Below are positions 13,818 through 25,027 of a stretch of DNA of 64,000 nucleotides, one piece after another. The stretch is taken from the NCBI GenBank assembly GCA_951406725.2, contig OX597816.1, positions 124,186,001 through 124,250,000 on the forward strand, in the 5' to 3' direction. Under the pieces are notes generated by a model. It had not been told where the DNA came from, did no database searches, and saw only the letters and a program-made list of their open reading frames with translations. The first letter of the stretch is position 1. Each line of letters opens with the position of its first letter. Source of the DNA: Octopus vulgaris. Its lineage: Eukaryota. The position numbers and the translations under genes were made by a program.

Positions 13818-14221
13818 GAACTTAATAAGGTTCAGAAATTGATCAAGATTGTTCATCATTCTTTCAGTCTGTTGAGAAATGGCTAAAATTTACTGTGTTT
13901 ATAATTATACCATATGTTAAGCATATATTATATCATACCATGATTCTGTGTGGACTAAGATCCCCATTGGCAGGCTGCTGGTATTTATAGTGCTAAACAC
14001 TTTCAGTATGCAAATTAGAGATGCCTTCATAGAATAACTGCTGCATTTGTTGAGTGTATAAAAAGTTTGGCTGCTTGTTTCTCTGGAGATTGTTAAGATG
14101 ATGTGGATGCCTCTGATGAGAACCTAATAAGGTTCAAAAATTGATTAAGGTTGTTCATCGTTTTTTCACTCTGCAGAGAAATGACTAAAATTTACCCTGT
14201 TTATAATTATACCATGTGTTA
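13818..14221 (+). mobile_element. Retrozyme/PLE pseudo-LTR-like partial tandem (302-bp unit, about 1.3 copies)
   Basis: An ~100 bp segment GAACYTAATAAGGTTC...ATAATTATACCATRTGTTA occurs at 13818 and 14120. Carries the HHR at 14109-14151. Confidence 0.75.
14109..14151 (+). ncRNA. Minimal type I hammerhead ribozyme with G12A mutation
   Basis: GCCT-CTGATGA-GAACCT-AATA-AGGTTC-AAAA-ATTGAT-TA-AGGT. Perfect 6-bp stem II, 4-bp stem I, and a near-palindromic stem III (AATCGATT decayed). Confidence 0.75.
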
Positions 14222-14232
14222 CACACACACAA

Positions 14233-14267
<35 letters not shown>

Positions 14268-14410
14268 CGGTTTCTTTCAGCTTCCATCTACCAAATCCAT
14301 TCACAAGGCTTTGGCTGGCCTGCATGGTTATAGTAGAGGACACTTGCCCAAAGTGTCATTCACTTTCTATATATGTATAGATGTATACCTTCTCTATTAG
14401 AGGAGGTATT

Positions 14411-14459
14411 CAGTACTGAAGAGAGACAGAAATAGCCCGAAACCAGAACTGGTCTATTG
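14411..14459 (+). ncRNA. Type I hammerhead ribozyme with canonical core and GUC cleavage triplet
   Basis: CAGTA-CTGAAGA-GAGACA-GAAA-TAGCCC-GAAA-CCAG-AA-CTGG-TC-TATTG. Stem I is 5 bp and stem III is ACCAG/CTGGT. Stem II is partly mismatched. Predicted cleavage after 14454. Confidence 0.8.
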
Positions 14460-14604
14460 GTCTCGTCACTAGAAGGGGGTAGTCATTTGCTCCCCTGCTT
14501 GTAATTTATCAGATGCAGCTATGCATCATTGACCAGTTAGAGATGTCCTCTTGGGGTAAAAAACTTGCACTAGTGTCACTTAAAGTGGCCATGAACATTA
14601 CTTG

Positions 14605-14642
<38 letters not shown>

Positions 14643-14648
<6 letters not shown>

Positions 14649-15440
14649 CAGTTATCACCAAGCTAATATGGCAGTCCATAAATATAAGACTAAAGCTGCC
14701 GTTGATTAGCTCCAAGTGGCCATCGCCTCTAGCTAGCTATATGACACACGAACCTGTGTCCATTATAACTTTCCAACAAGGGAGGTCAGCCACTTCCCCT
14801 TGCTGGTCAGGCATCTGCAGACATGTTTCAGGTTATTTGCCCTTTATCAATGCAGAGTAGCCAAATTAGGTATGTGTTGCTACTGACTATCTGTTCGAAG
14901 AATTATTTACCTAATTTCAGTGGAATACATCCACTGGTTATCAAAAATAGAAATATTATTATTTCTAAGTCCCTCTAAAGGAGACTATGGCAGCGGTATT
15001 GGATATTAGTAGTTATCGCCAAGCTAATATGGCAGTCCATAAATATAAGACTAAAGCCATATTAGCTTGGCGATAACCGTTAATATCCAATACTGTTGCT
15101 GTAGCCTCCTTTAGAGTACTTAGAAATAATGATATCTCTATTTTTGTTAACCAGTGGATGTATTCCACTGAAATTAGATAAATAATCCTTCGAATAGATG
15201 GTTAGCAGCGATGCCTGCTGGGTTTGACTGCTCTGTGTTGATAAAGGCTGACCTCCCTTGTTTGAAAGTTATAATGGATACAGGTTCGTGTGTCATATAG
15301 CTAGCTAGAGGTGGTGGTCTCTTGGAGCTAATCAACAGCAGCTTCAGTCTTATATTTATGGACTGTCATATTAGCTTGGCGATAACTGTAAATATCCAGT
15401 ACTGCTGTCGTAGTCTTCTTTAGAAGGACTTAGAAATAAT
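14643..15440. repeat. ~800 bp fold-back palindrome built from a 361-bp tandem unit (PLE/retrozyme-like)
   Basis: Unit start repeats at 14651 and 15012. Arms 14643-15033 and 15056-15440 are reverse complements around a 22-bp spacer. Flanked by (TA)n on both sides. Confidence 0.92.
14814..14856 (-). ncRNA. Minimal type I hammerhead ribozyme, U3-A8 covariant core, palindromic stem III
   Basis: Minus strand reads TCTGCA-TTGATAA-AGG-GCAAATAA-CCT-GAA-ACATGT-C-TGCAGA. Perfect 6-bp stem I, 3-bp stem II, ACAUGU palindrome and GUC triplet. Confidence 0.85.
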
Positions 15441-15467
15441 AATAGTAATAATATATATATATATGTA

Positions 15468-15860
15468 GGTGCAGGCATGGCTGCATGGTAAGATGCTCGC
15501 TTCCCAACCACATTCTTCCAGGTTCAGTCACACTGTGTGGCTCCCTGGACACTATAGTCTCAGTCTGACCAAAGCCTTGTGAGTGGATTTGGTAGAAGGA
15601 AACTGAAAGAAGACTGTCGTGTGCGTGTGTGTGTGTCCTTGTGTTTTGTGTTTCTTCACCCTCCACTGCTTGACAGCCAGTAAAAGTGTGTTTACATCTC
15701 TGTAACTTAGCATTCAACATAAGACACTGATAGAATAAGAACCAGGTTTAAAAGAAACAAAAAAGTACTCGGATCAAATCTTTCGACTAATTTTCTTTAA
15801 AGCGTCACCCCAACATGGGCGTTGTCTAATGACTGGAACATGTAAAGTAAAACAAAAAGA
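15468..15860 (+). mobile_element. SINE family B
   Basis: Collinear with 44677-45090. Confidence 0.8.
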
Positions 15861-16217
15861 TAATAGATATACATATGCATATATAATTATATATATGTGC
15901 ATATATATATGTAATAATATAAATAATATATATATATATATATATATATGCATATATGGGTACAGGACGTCACAAACTGTAAACAATATGAAATATGAAA
16001 ACAACATGAAATATCAAAACAAATAAGTTGAATACACAAACAAGAGAAGCAAATGGAAAACAGGACAAATATCATGAAGAGCGACCCTTCATCAGATGTT
16101 ATTTGTCCATCTACTCCTCATTTCGAGCATTGAACGACAAAGATGAAAAAGGGTTATTAATACATTTTTTTTAATATTTATCAAACATCTTTTATATATA
16201 AAATTGCCAGCCTTAGT

Positions 16218-16508
16218 ATTAATAACCATTTTTACATCTTTTAAACTCAAACATAAAGCCTATTGTACATTCTTATCTAGCAAGATTTGGGAACTGAAGG
16301 AAAGTGCGATCGAATTTTGCCTTAAATGGGATCTAATACAGAAAGTACAGCCTTATTGAGATAGTCGACATGGATGTGAGCTGTGCTCAATGGAAACTTA
16401 TGAGATTTTCAAGTATAGGGACCATAACAACCTGATTGATAATAGATTAGACCTAAGGGTATCTGCGTACATAGAATCACCTATACGTTTAAGTATTTTC
16501 GTAATTAG
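16218..16508 (+). pseudogene. Degenerate PLE GIY-YIG endonuclease C-terminal half with CxLCxxE motif (Naiad-like)
   Basis: Manual translation: INNHF/TSFKLKHKAYCTFLSSKIWELKESAIEFCLKWDLIQKVQPY*DSRHGCELCSMETYEIFKYRDHNNLIDNRLDL/GICVH (two frameshifts, one stop). Matches NHxxSF...LSxxIWELK...W...CxLCxxE...N.R...CxH. Confidence 0.75.
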
Positions 16509-17983
16509 TGATTATAGGTGGTATACTTGAACTTTGATGATGGAAATTAATTTTGGTGTCGTATCTGTTGTGAACTTTCCTTCTAGTATTATATATAATA
16601 AAATCATGGGATATTGAGTTATATGGTGAATTAAATTGCATTGCATATGTTATAAGCTATATGGTATGTGGTGTGCTACATGTAATTACTATCCCATGAA
16701 GACTCCTGTCTAGTTAGTCTCACTTCATCATGTTTTTGGTCATTAAACTATTTGTTCCTCTCTATGATGTTCTACCCTGCTGATCATATTATGTATACTT
16801 GTAATGGTTTTATGTAAGTCCCCTAGAAACTATAAAATCATATATGTGATTGAACCTGTAACATAGCAACTTATAAAATCTCTTCAGTCTGAATACCTCC
16901 AACTGCCCTCACAACTCCTATACCTACTACTTCCTCTTCTGGGGTTATCTTTATCTCTTTCCTACCTCAAATTTTAATACCCTGTCTCTTTAAATGTAAG
17001 TTATATATATTTCTTATCATTTTCCATAAATTCTTATTATTTTGTTTTCTTACTTTGATATCCTTACTTATTAACCTCTTATCCCTATAAGTTGTTACTG
17101 TTCTTAAATAGAAATAGATACCTTCTAGTTACTTAAGTCTATGCAAGATGGTTATACTATATCCATACAAACGTATAAATATTTGTGTATGTGTGCATGT
17201 GTGCACATAGATAAATATGTGTGTGTATCTGTGCTCAACTTTACTTTTTCTGATTCTTGGCTTATAATTAATATATCAATAGCATGTATATCTTTCCAGT
17301 ATTCCATAAGTAAATGCCCAGAGCCGTCTTTATAGAAACCACCTGATAAATAAATAATTAAGTACATGAATAAATATTAAACTGATTCATATGTAATCTT
17401 CCCTTTTTAATGTTGAAAATTGATAAATATAAACATTTTATCTATTTTGGTTATGATATCATTTTTGATAATCTTAAATTTTATCTATATACAACATAAC
17501 AATATTGTTTATAAACAATCACCCATAGTACCCCATGATAAAATTCCTTTGTATTAACATCACAGGTTTCATTAGCATCTTGCCCCTTTAACTGATAATT
17601 AATATCAGGATTTGTGATCTTCCCTTACCCAGCCTCCTTTATAGACAGATACTTTATACCTAATTCACTACTAAAATCTTAACAATATTTATGACCATAT
17701 CTAGCCACGTGCTGTGAACTCACTCTTGCCCTTCATTCTAAACAGACACAGTCTTCTAGTCTTCGATTTAGTAGTTGATAAAAAGACTAATATATTAAAA
17801 ATGAACTGCAATCCTTTACAATTTATGACCCCAGTGGGCTTCATGCCATTCTTGGAAATGTAGTCTATTCTTAGCTACAATAGCAACAACATGGATTTCT
17901 TCCATCTTCGTGCCCCCGTTAAAGTATTTGAGTAAAATTATATTAATGTGTCTGACTGATTAAAAATTCTATTTATTTATTTG

Positions 17984-18069
17984 TGCAGCTGATGATAGCA
18001 TTGCATTTAAATTGATGCAATGATAGCATTGTTCAATTAAATGGAGCTGCTTGAAACGGTCATACTGCA
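17984..18069 (+). ncRNA. Hammerhead-like motif with enlarged stem II near the 3' end of the putative PLE
   Basis: TGCAG-CTGATGA-TAGCA...TGCTT-GAAA-CGGTC-ATA-CTGCA. Core is intact, stem I is offset by 3 nt, and the element ends at TA/CA repeats near 18190. Confidence 0.55.
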
Positions 18070-18199
18070 TCCTCGATATCCTGTTGCTTATTTTGATTTT
18101 ATTCACCTCACTTCGAGCTGTGCAGATTATACCAGACTGACTTGGTGCTTCAACTTAAGTACTGAATCCAACTGAATCTCAGTTATTTTTATATATACA

Positions 18200-18266
<67 letters not shown>

Positions 18267-18505
18267 TTGAGGTGTATTCCGTTAAGAACATATTAGAGTA
18301 CAAAATAGAGCTTGGTAAACCTTAGAATTACCAGGTAGTCAGCAGGATTATAGTATACTACCAATTATAAGCTTCAGCTTTCCTCATGTGTGAAAAATGA
18401 AACAGAAGGAATAAATAGAATCAAAAGGAAGAGGGAATATGATTTGATAGCTGTTTAATGACAACTACACATGTTTCAATACAACATAGATCACATATAT
18501 AAAGG

Positions 18506-18545
<40 letters not shown>

Positions 18546-18642
18546 GAGGCATATATATATATATATGTATAGCTATATTAAATCTCTGAGCAAGACATGA
18601 ACAGTAACAGTACAGAATTGTAAAATATATTTGCCAACTAAA

Positions 18643-18950
18643 TGTGACAGTTCCAACCAAAATACAAATATATGGGAAACTACCACCTGTATCATCTTTT
18701 GTAAAAGGTAGAAGAGTCCAGTTTGCTGGACATTGTTGTAGAGCTGAAAATGAGTTAATTTCTACTCTTCTCCTCTGGAAGCCATCTGCTCATGATACCA
18801 GAGGGTGCACACTCTCCTACTCTGATGTAATCTCCAGGGATACAGGCATCCAGCAACAGGATCTCCGTAATGCTATGATGGACCGTGAAGTCTGGCGTAA
18901 CATAGTAAATTCCAGTGTCTCGACCATGGTTGAACAATGATGATGATTGT
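18643..18950 (+). mobile_element. RTE-clade LINE 3' end fragment
   Basis: ORF IYGKLPPVS...RRVQFAGHCCRA...LLLWKP...RDTG...AMMDREVWR followed by a (TGA)n tail. Confidence 0.85.
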
Positions 18951-19053
18951 TATTTTTAGCCCCTGGAAGACATCTCTTCCACATGGCTAACGACACACTG
19001 GCTATGTCCAATTAGTATTTGCAAGGGATGTGATTATGTCTGTATTGTATATA

Positions 19054-19917
19054 CAGAGTGTGATGAGTAAATTGTCACCATTTTATATTTTTGATTTCAC
19101 GCATGTGCATTGTTTGTTTTTGATTTTGTCAACTACATGGTATAGTAGGATCAGTTGGGCAATGTCAGTGAGAAAAACAGCACCATGATGCAATTAACCT
19201 AGCCAGAAATTTGAAAACAACATGTTGTACAGCTTGGCATTCGTGCTGGAAGCTCCAATATGAACATTTCAGAGTGTTTGGGTGTCAATCTGAGGACAGT
19301 GTATGTACCAAGAGTGATAAAAAACAAACATGCAATCAATATCACAGTGTTTGAAATGACCACTAATGATAACAACGTTATGCCTCCATTCTTCATGCAG
19401 CCTCAGACTCAACACGGAGGCCTGCATCAATGGCCCAGAGGAGGTAGTGCTGCTCTAGATCAAAAGAGTGGCTTCTGGAAGACTCTATGTCTGGCAACAG
19501 GACTCTGCACCATGCTACACAAACAGAACTCAGTCACGGCTATCAGACAATTTCTGCAACCACATCACACCTAAAATCTGGACACCTAACTCCCCAGACT
19601 GTAGCCCCCTTGATTATCATGTATGGGGTCCAGTTGAGCAAGAGACCAACAAAACTCCTTGTAGCACCAAAAATGAACTGAAGGCAAGGATTACGGCAGC
19701 ATTCACCAACTCATACAAGGAGACCATCCAGGAGAGTTGCAGAAGATTCTGAAGTTGTTTGGAGGCTGTGGTTGAAGCTAATGATGATTTTATTGAATAA
19801 ATTTAGTCTTTAGTATTTCAAGATATTTTTATGTAATTTTGGTAAATATACCTGTTTAAATGCGATGTCAATGTTATTTTCATTTTTGTGTAATTTAGAC
19901 GACAATATATTCACCTG
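19054..19917 (+). mobile_element. Internally deleted DD37D (maT) transposon
   Basis: TA-CAGAGTG start. ORF 19468-19752 contains WQQDSAPCYT...WTPNSPDCSPLDYHVWG. Same family as 22410-22978. Confidence 0.85.
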
Positions 19918-20500
19918 CATATATATGTGTGTGTGTGTTTGTGTGTGTTTGTATATATATACATATATATATATGCATACACATACATGCATATATATAC
20001 ATATAAATATATATATACATACATACATACATGCATTCACACACACACACATATATATACACACATTTATATATATATTTATATATACATACATATTTGC
20101 ATGTATATATTCTATGTGTGGTTATTTGATCTATGTCCGAACTAATATACCAGAATTATTGTTTGAACAGACCACCTATATGAAAATTAGAGAAGACAGT
20201 AACTATAATAAATCAATAAATCATTAATTCAACAGATTGATGGGTGTGATCATCTCAACAAAAATCTGCCATCCATCAGGAGGGATTGATCTTTCTTTGA
20301 TCTTTGATAAGCAATAAACTCCTTCCTCAACCATCACAACTTTTCCATATACTGCTCACTTTTCACTCTTCACTCTGACCTTGGCTTCAAGAAAAGCTCT
20401 GTATTAAGACATATATCATCATCACACACAAATATATGTATGTATGTAAGCATCTCTATAAATATATATCTATATATATATATATCATCATCATCATATG

Positions 20501-20504
<4 letters not shown>

Positions 20505-20534
<30 letters not shown>

Positions 20535-20572
20535 TGTATGTATGTATGTATGTATGTATGTATGTATGTATG

Positions 20573-20658
<86 letters not shown>

Positions 20659-20672
20659 ACTATCTATCTACC
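20505..20672. repeat. Compound (TATG)n(TATC)n microsatellite
   Basis: Direct reading. Confidence 0.95.
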
Positions 20673-21305
20673 TATATATATATTTATAAACAAGGGCAAA
20701 AGAAAAATGATTTCTATGCCAAAATGCTGAGAACAGACTTTAAATCGTCAATTTCCACATTACAATATACCTTCACTATAAATACACATCGTGCTGAAAT
20801 CGAGGAAAGCAAGCTAACAGAAATTTTTTTTTTAATTCGTTATTTCTATATTGAATCAATTTTGGTGTTAATCCTATGGATTTTTCCCTTTTCAGTAGAA
20901 AACATGATGAAATACTTACAAGCACCCATGGAAAAGAAGTAGAAGCAAGAGTCATGAGTACACATGAGCACCCCAGTTATATCTAAATGTAAAATCCTTT
21001 AGCAAGCCTCAGTACACGTGTGTCCTATCATGAACCACAATAAATAGTGGATTCCAGTCCCAAAGTGAATGGTAATAAATCTACTACTAATATAGGATAA
21101 AAATTTTTTCAGAAAAAATTTCATCAATAGTGGCAGCATATTGAAATACCTTTAATGGTTAAAATTTTAAACAATTTATATATATATATACATATACATA
21201 ATGAATGTTGGCTATAATTATGTCATTACAGGAAACCACCTATTAGTGACCACAACATGCCAAGCAAAACCAAATGTATTTAGTGAAGCATCTTATTTAA
21301 AACAA

Positions 21306-21412
21306 GACACCTGATAAGATGCATTCTGCATTAGTGGATGCATCACAACCGGCTTTACAGTATCCCACCTGCAAGGGACAGATGCAGGATGGATTGAAAC
21401 GATTGTTGTGTT
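21306..21412 (+). ncRNA. Degenerate type I hammerhead ribozyme with long stem II, followed by AATAAA
   Basis: GACAC-CTGATAA-GATGCATTCTGCAT...ATGCAGGATGGATT-GAAA-CGATTG-TT-GTGTT-G-AATAAA. Stem II pairs 13 of 14, stem I is 5 bp, and stem III is a decayed ACGATCGT palindrome. Confidence 0.7.
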
Positions 21413-21605
21413 GAATAAAGAATTTTGCAAACTCCATTTTCCATTTACCTCATTCATTATAAACTTAATGAACGCTGCAGAATTGCTGAGGTAGATCTAG
21501 AGACACTTAGATCAAAACTGTGGAGGACACCAGCTAGTCTAAACAGTTAAAGTGCTTTAATTGGCATACTACTAACCTTATATCCAAGTTCCAAAGAATC
21601 TCTGA

Positions 21606-21610
<5 letters not shown>

Positions 21611-21692
<82 letters not shown>
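21611..21692. repeat. Pure (TG)n microsatellite
   Basis: Direct reading. Confidence 0.95.
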
Positions 21693-21693
<1 letters not shown>

Positions 21694-21854
21694 ATCATTG
21701 TATCGTCATATCTGCCTGTGGTTTTAGAGCCTGATGAGTTGTCCATCGGGCTAAGTCCTTTGTGGATATGCAACCATTGGTCTATCTATGACCAGACAAA
21801 TACGTAACTGCAACTATAAAATATATATACATATAAGATGCACTTATGCTGCTG

Positions 21855-22110
21855 CCGTGTAAAATGCACTCATGCCAGTGCCACATAGAAGACTCCACGT
21901 GAGTGGCACATTAAAAGCACCCAGCACAATCTCTCTAAAGTGAGTTGGCATCAAGAAGGGCATCCAGTCACAGAAACCATGCCAAACAGGCAATTGGAGA
22001 GCCAGGAAACCTCTCTGTATGGCCAGCTCCTTGCCTAACTGTCTCACCCATACTAGCATGGAATATGGATGTAAAACACTGAGGATAAATAGGATGCTTA
22101 TGATGATGAT
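21855..22110 (+). mobile_element. RTE LINE 3' UTR fragment
   Basis: AAAAGCACCCAGCAC...GGCATCAAGAAGGGCATCCAG...CTAGCATGGAA, ending in (ATG)n. Confidence 0.7.
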
Positions 22111-22122
22111 GTGTGTGTGTGC

Positions 22123-22172
<50 letters not shown>

Positions 22173-22182
22173 ACATATCCAC

Positions 22183-22345
22183 AGGCATGGCTGTGTGGTA
22201 AGAAGCCTGCTTCCCAAACAGATGGTTCTGTGTTCAGTCACACTGTGTGACACCTTGGGCAAATGTCTTCTACTATAGCCTTGGGCCAATCAAAGGTTTG
22301 TAAGTAGATTTAGTAGATGGAAACTGAATGAAGGCTGTTGTGTAT
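22183..22345 (+). mobile_element. SINE family B, 5' half
   Basis: GGCATGGCTGTGTGGTAAGAAGCC... head. Confidence 0.8.
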
Positions 22346-22409
22346 ACACACACACACACACATATATATAGAAAGAGATATAGATATAGATATCTTGAGA
22401 AAATATATA

Positions 22410-22978
22410 TAGGGTAGGAAAATTAAAGATCACAAGTGATGGCGATGTTATGCCTCCATTCATCTTTGGCCTCAGACTCATCAAGTGCATAGTAGAGATA
22501 GTGCTGCCCTGGCGCAAGAGGGTGGTTGCTGGAAGACTCTTTATCTAGCAACAGGAGTCAGCATCATGCTACACAAACAGGAGAACCCAGTCATGGCTGT
22601 CAGACAATTTCTGCAACCACATCATCTCTAAAATCTTGCCACCTGACTCCCCAGACTGCAACTCCCTTAATTATTATGTGTTGAGCACAGTTGGGTAAGA
22701 GACCAACAAAACTCCTAGCAACACTAAAGATGAACTGAAGGCAAGGATTATGACAGTATTCACCAACTTAAACAAGGAGGCCATCCAAAAGAGTTGCAGG
22801 AGATTCCAAGGTTATCGGAGGCTGTAGTTGAAGCCAATGACGATTTTATTGAATAAATTTATTCTTTAGTATTTCAAGATATTTTTATGTAATTTTGATA
22901 AATATATCTGTTAAAATGAGATGTCAGTGTTTTTTCATATTTGTGTAGTTTAGACAACAGTTTATTCCCCCCACCCTG
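22410..22978 (+). mobile_element. Internally deleted DD37D transposon, second copy of the 19054 family
   Basis: Collinear with 19357-19917. Ends CCACCCTG-TA. Confidence 0.85.
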
Positions 22979-23014
<36 letters not shown>

Positions 23015-23269
23015 TAAACTCTGTGCTGCTGAACATGTGATTTACTTTAAAAGATTCAGTTCCTCAGCTGTAGCCATGCACGTGATGTATACTAGATACA
23101 GAACTCTTGTGAAATGTGAATTTGGCATTTGATTGGTTGAGCTGTTTGTGGAAGCAGACTTTATCAATAAAATGAGAAACAGAAATAATTTTGAAGTGGT
23201 TTCAATGAATTACAAAGCTCCCTATCTCAAATTAGTCATTTATGAGGAAATAGTGGCATAGATGTTGTT

Positions 23270-23735
23270 GTTGTTAATGATGAGGGTGATGATGATGATG
23301 ATGACAGCAATGATGTTGATCCTTATGACTGATGATTTTGATGATGGTGACTATGACAACGACAAGGATTGCAATGATGATGTTCTTTAAGACTTATGAT
23401 GATGAGGAGGAGGATGACAATGTTAATAATGATGATCATAATGATGATGATGGCAATAATGAGGGCGATGACAAAGATGGTGATGACAATGCAGATGATG
23501 ATGAGGATGATGGTGAGGAGAATGGCAATGACAATGATGATGATGAGAAATAGGATTGTGATGAAAAAAGGCAGAAGAGATTATGTGTCATTGACGTTAC
23601 TGATACTGATACTGAAAATGACAACTCATATGGTTTCTAAGTCTACTGCTGCTGCTGCTGCTACTACTGCTTTTGGACAACGATGACAATGATGATGATG
23701 ATGGCGATGATGATGGGGATGCTGGTGATGATAAA
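23270..23735. repeat. Degenerate (ATG)n low-complexity tract
   Basis: Direct reading. It gives spurious acidic and Met-rich ORFs. Confidence 0.85.
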
Positions 23736-24722
23736 ATGATAGGGAGTGGTTTAGTATTTTGTAGTAGTAGTAATAGTAGTACTAGTAGTAGAAAAAAAGA
23801 AAGAAAGAAAGGATGTAAAATGTGCTTGCTGTTAAAACTCCTCTTTGGTGACAGCGACTACCACAACAATATCAGTGAACTACAAAGCAACGTAAGACAA
23901 CAAAGAAGATCACGATGAGAATGATGCGTGTGATGATTATAGCGACAACACCGATGCTGATGATGATTGCTATTTTGCAGCCAAATCTGTAGATAGAGAC
24001 AGAATTCATAGCTCAACATGAAACAGTGTATGCAAATAGAAAGAAAATAGAGTTACATAATCACAACTAAAACATAAACTGAGAATAAAAAGAACATAAA
24101 CAAAATCAGAAAAAAGGAAGAAAATGATACTTTAAAACCGAAGCCTCTATAAATCTTACTTATGAACAGACACAAAGACATCAAGCATAATTATATACAT
24201 AATTGTATTGAGCCACATATAGCATTATGTTACAACCATTGAATTCATCTAGAATGTCTGCTCAGCATTTCAGAAATAATTATATATCCGAACTGCTATT
24301 AACTGACATTAATTATGTACAGTGATAGTGGACATAACTTTGTTTCATAAACTGAAAATGTAGTTGATGGATTTTCGCTTTTTGCGGGTTTTGGAGAATA
24401 TGCTTTTATAGAGAGCTACAGATGTTACTAGAACTGTACACACATATTCACGCATACTCACACACACACACACTCGCACACAGACATCTGCATGCGTGCA
24501 CACATACACATGTGCACGCATGCACACACTCGCATTTTAGTTTAACTGAACGATGTGAAAATGAAGAATGGGGATTGGGTATCTGTTTTTATCAAAAAGT
24601 ATATAAATTATATCTTTAGATGACTTATTCAGTCTGTTTCATGATTGTAGAAGAAGAAAAGAAAAAAAAGAAAAAAAATTACCCCCCTCCTGCTACACAC
24701 TCACACACACTCACAAGCATAC

Positions 24723-24778
<56 letters not shown>

Positions 24779-24850
24779 GTATATATATGTACATATGTAT
24801 ATCTTTGCATAGCATATATATATATACACATACACACACACATATATCTG

Positions 24851-24903
<53 letters not shown>

Positions 24904-24924
24904 ATATATGTATATATATATATG

Positions 24925-24973
<49 letters not shown>

Positions 24974-24982
24974 GTATACATA

Positions 24983-25027
<45 letters not shown>

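Larger units (their letters stand above)
13595..14360 (-). mobile_element. SINE family B interrupted in its internal microsatellite by an HHR-bearing element
   Basis: 3' half at 13595-13815 and 5' half at 14263-14360, with a foreign insert at 13818-14221. Confidence 0.75.

Noticed and set aside
16060-16135. Minus-strand GAAA...CTGATGAAGGG as a type II or type I hammerhead
   Set aside because: Stems I and III do not pair in the type II layout, and there is no GAAA after stem II in the type I layout.
21727-21812. CTGATGAG followed by several small hairpins in a microsatellite-flanked insert
   Set aside because: No correctly placed GAAA and no stem I partner found.
23025-23078. Minus-strand CTGAGGA...TAAA-TCACATGT-TC resembling the 30.9 kb hammerhead
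   Set aside because: TAAA instead of GAAA, 2-3 bp stem II and poor stem I.
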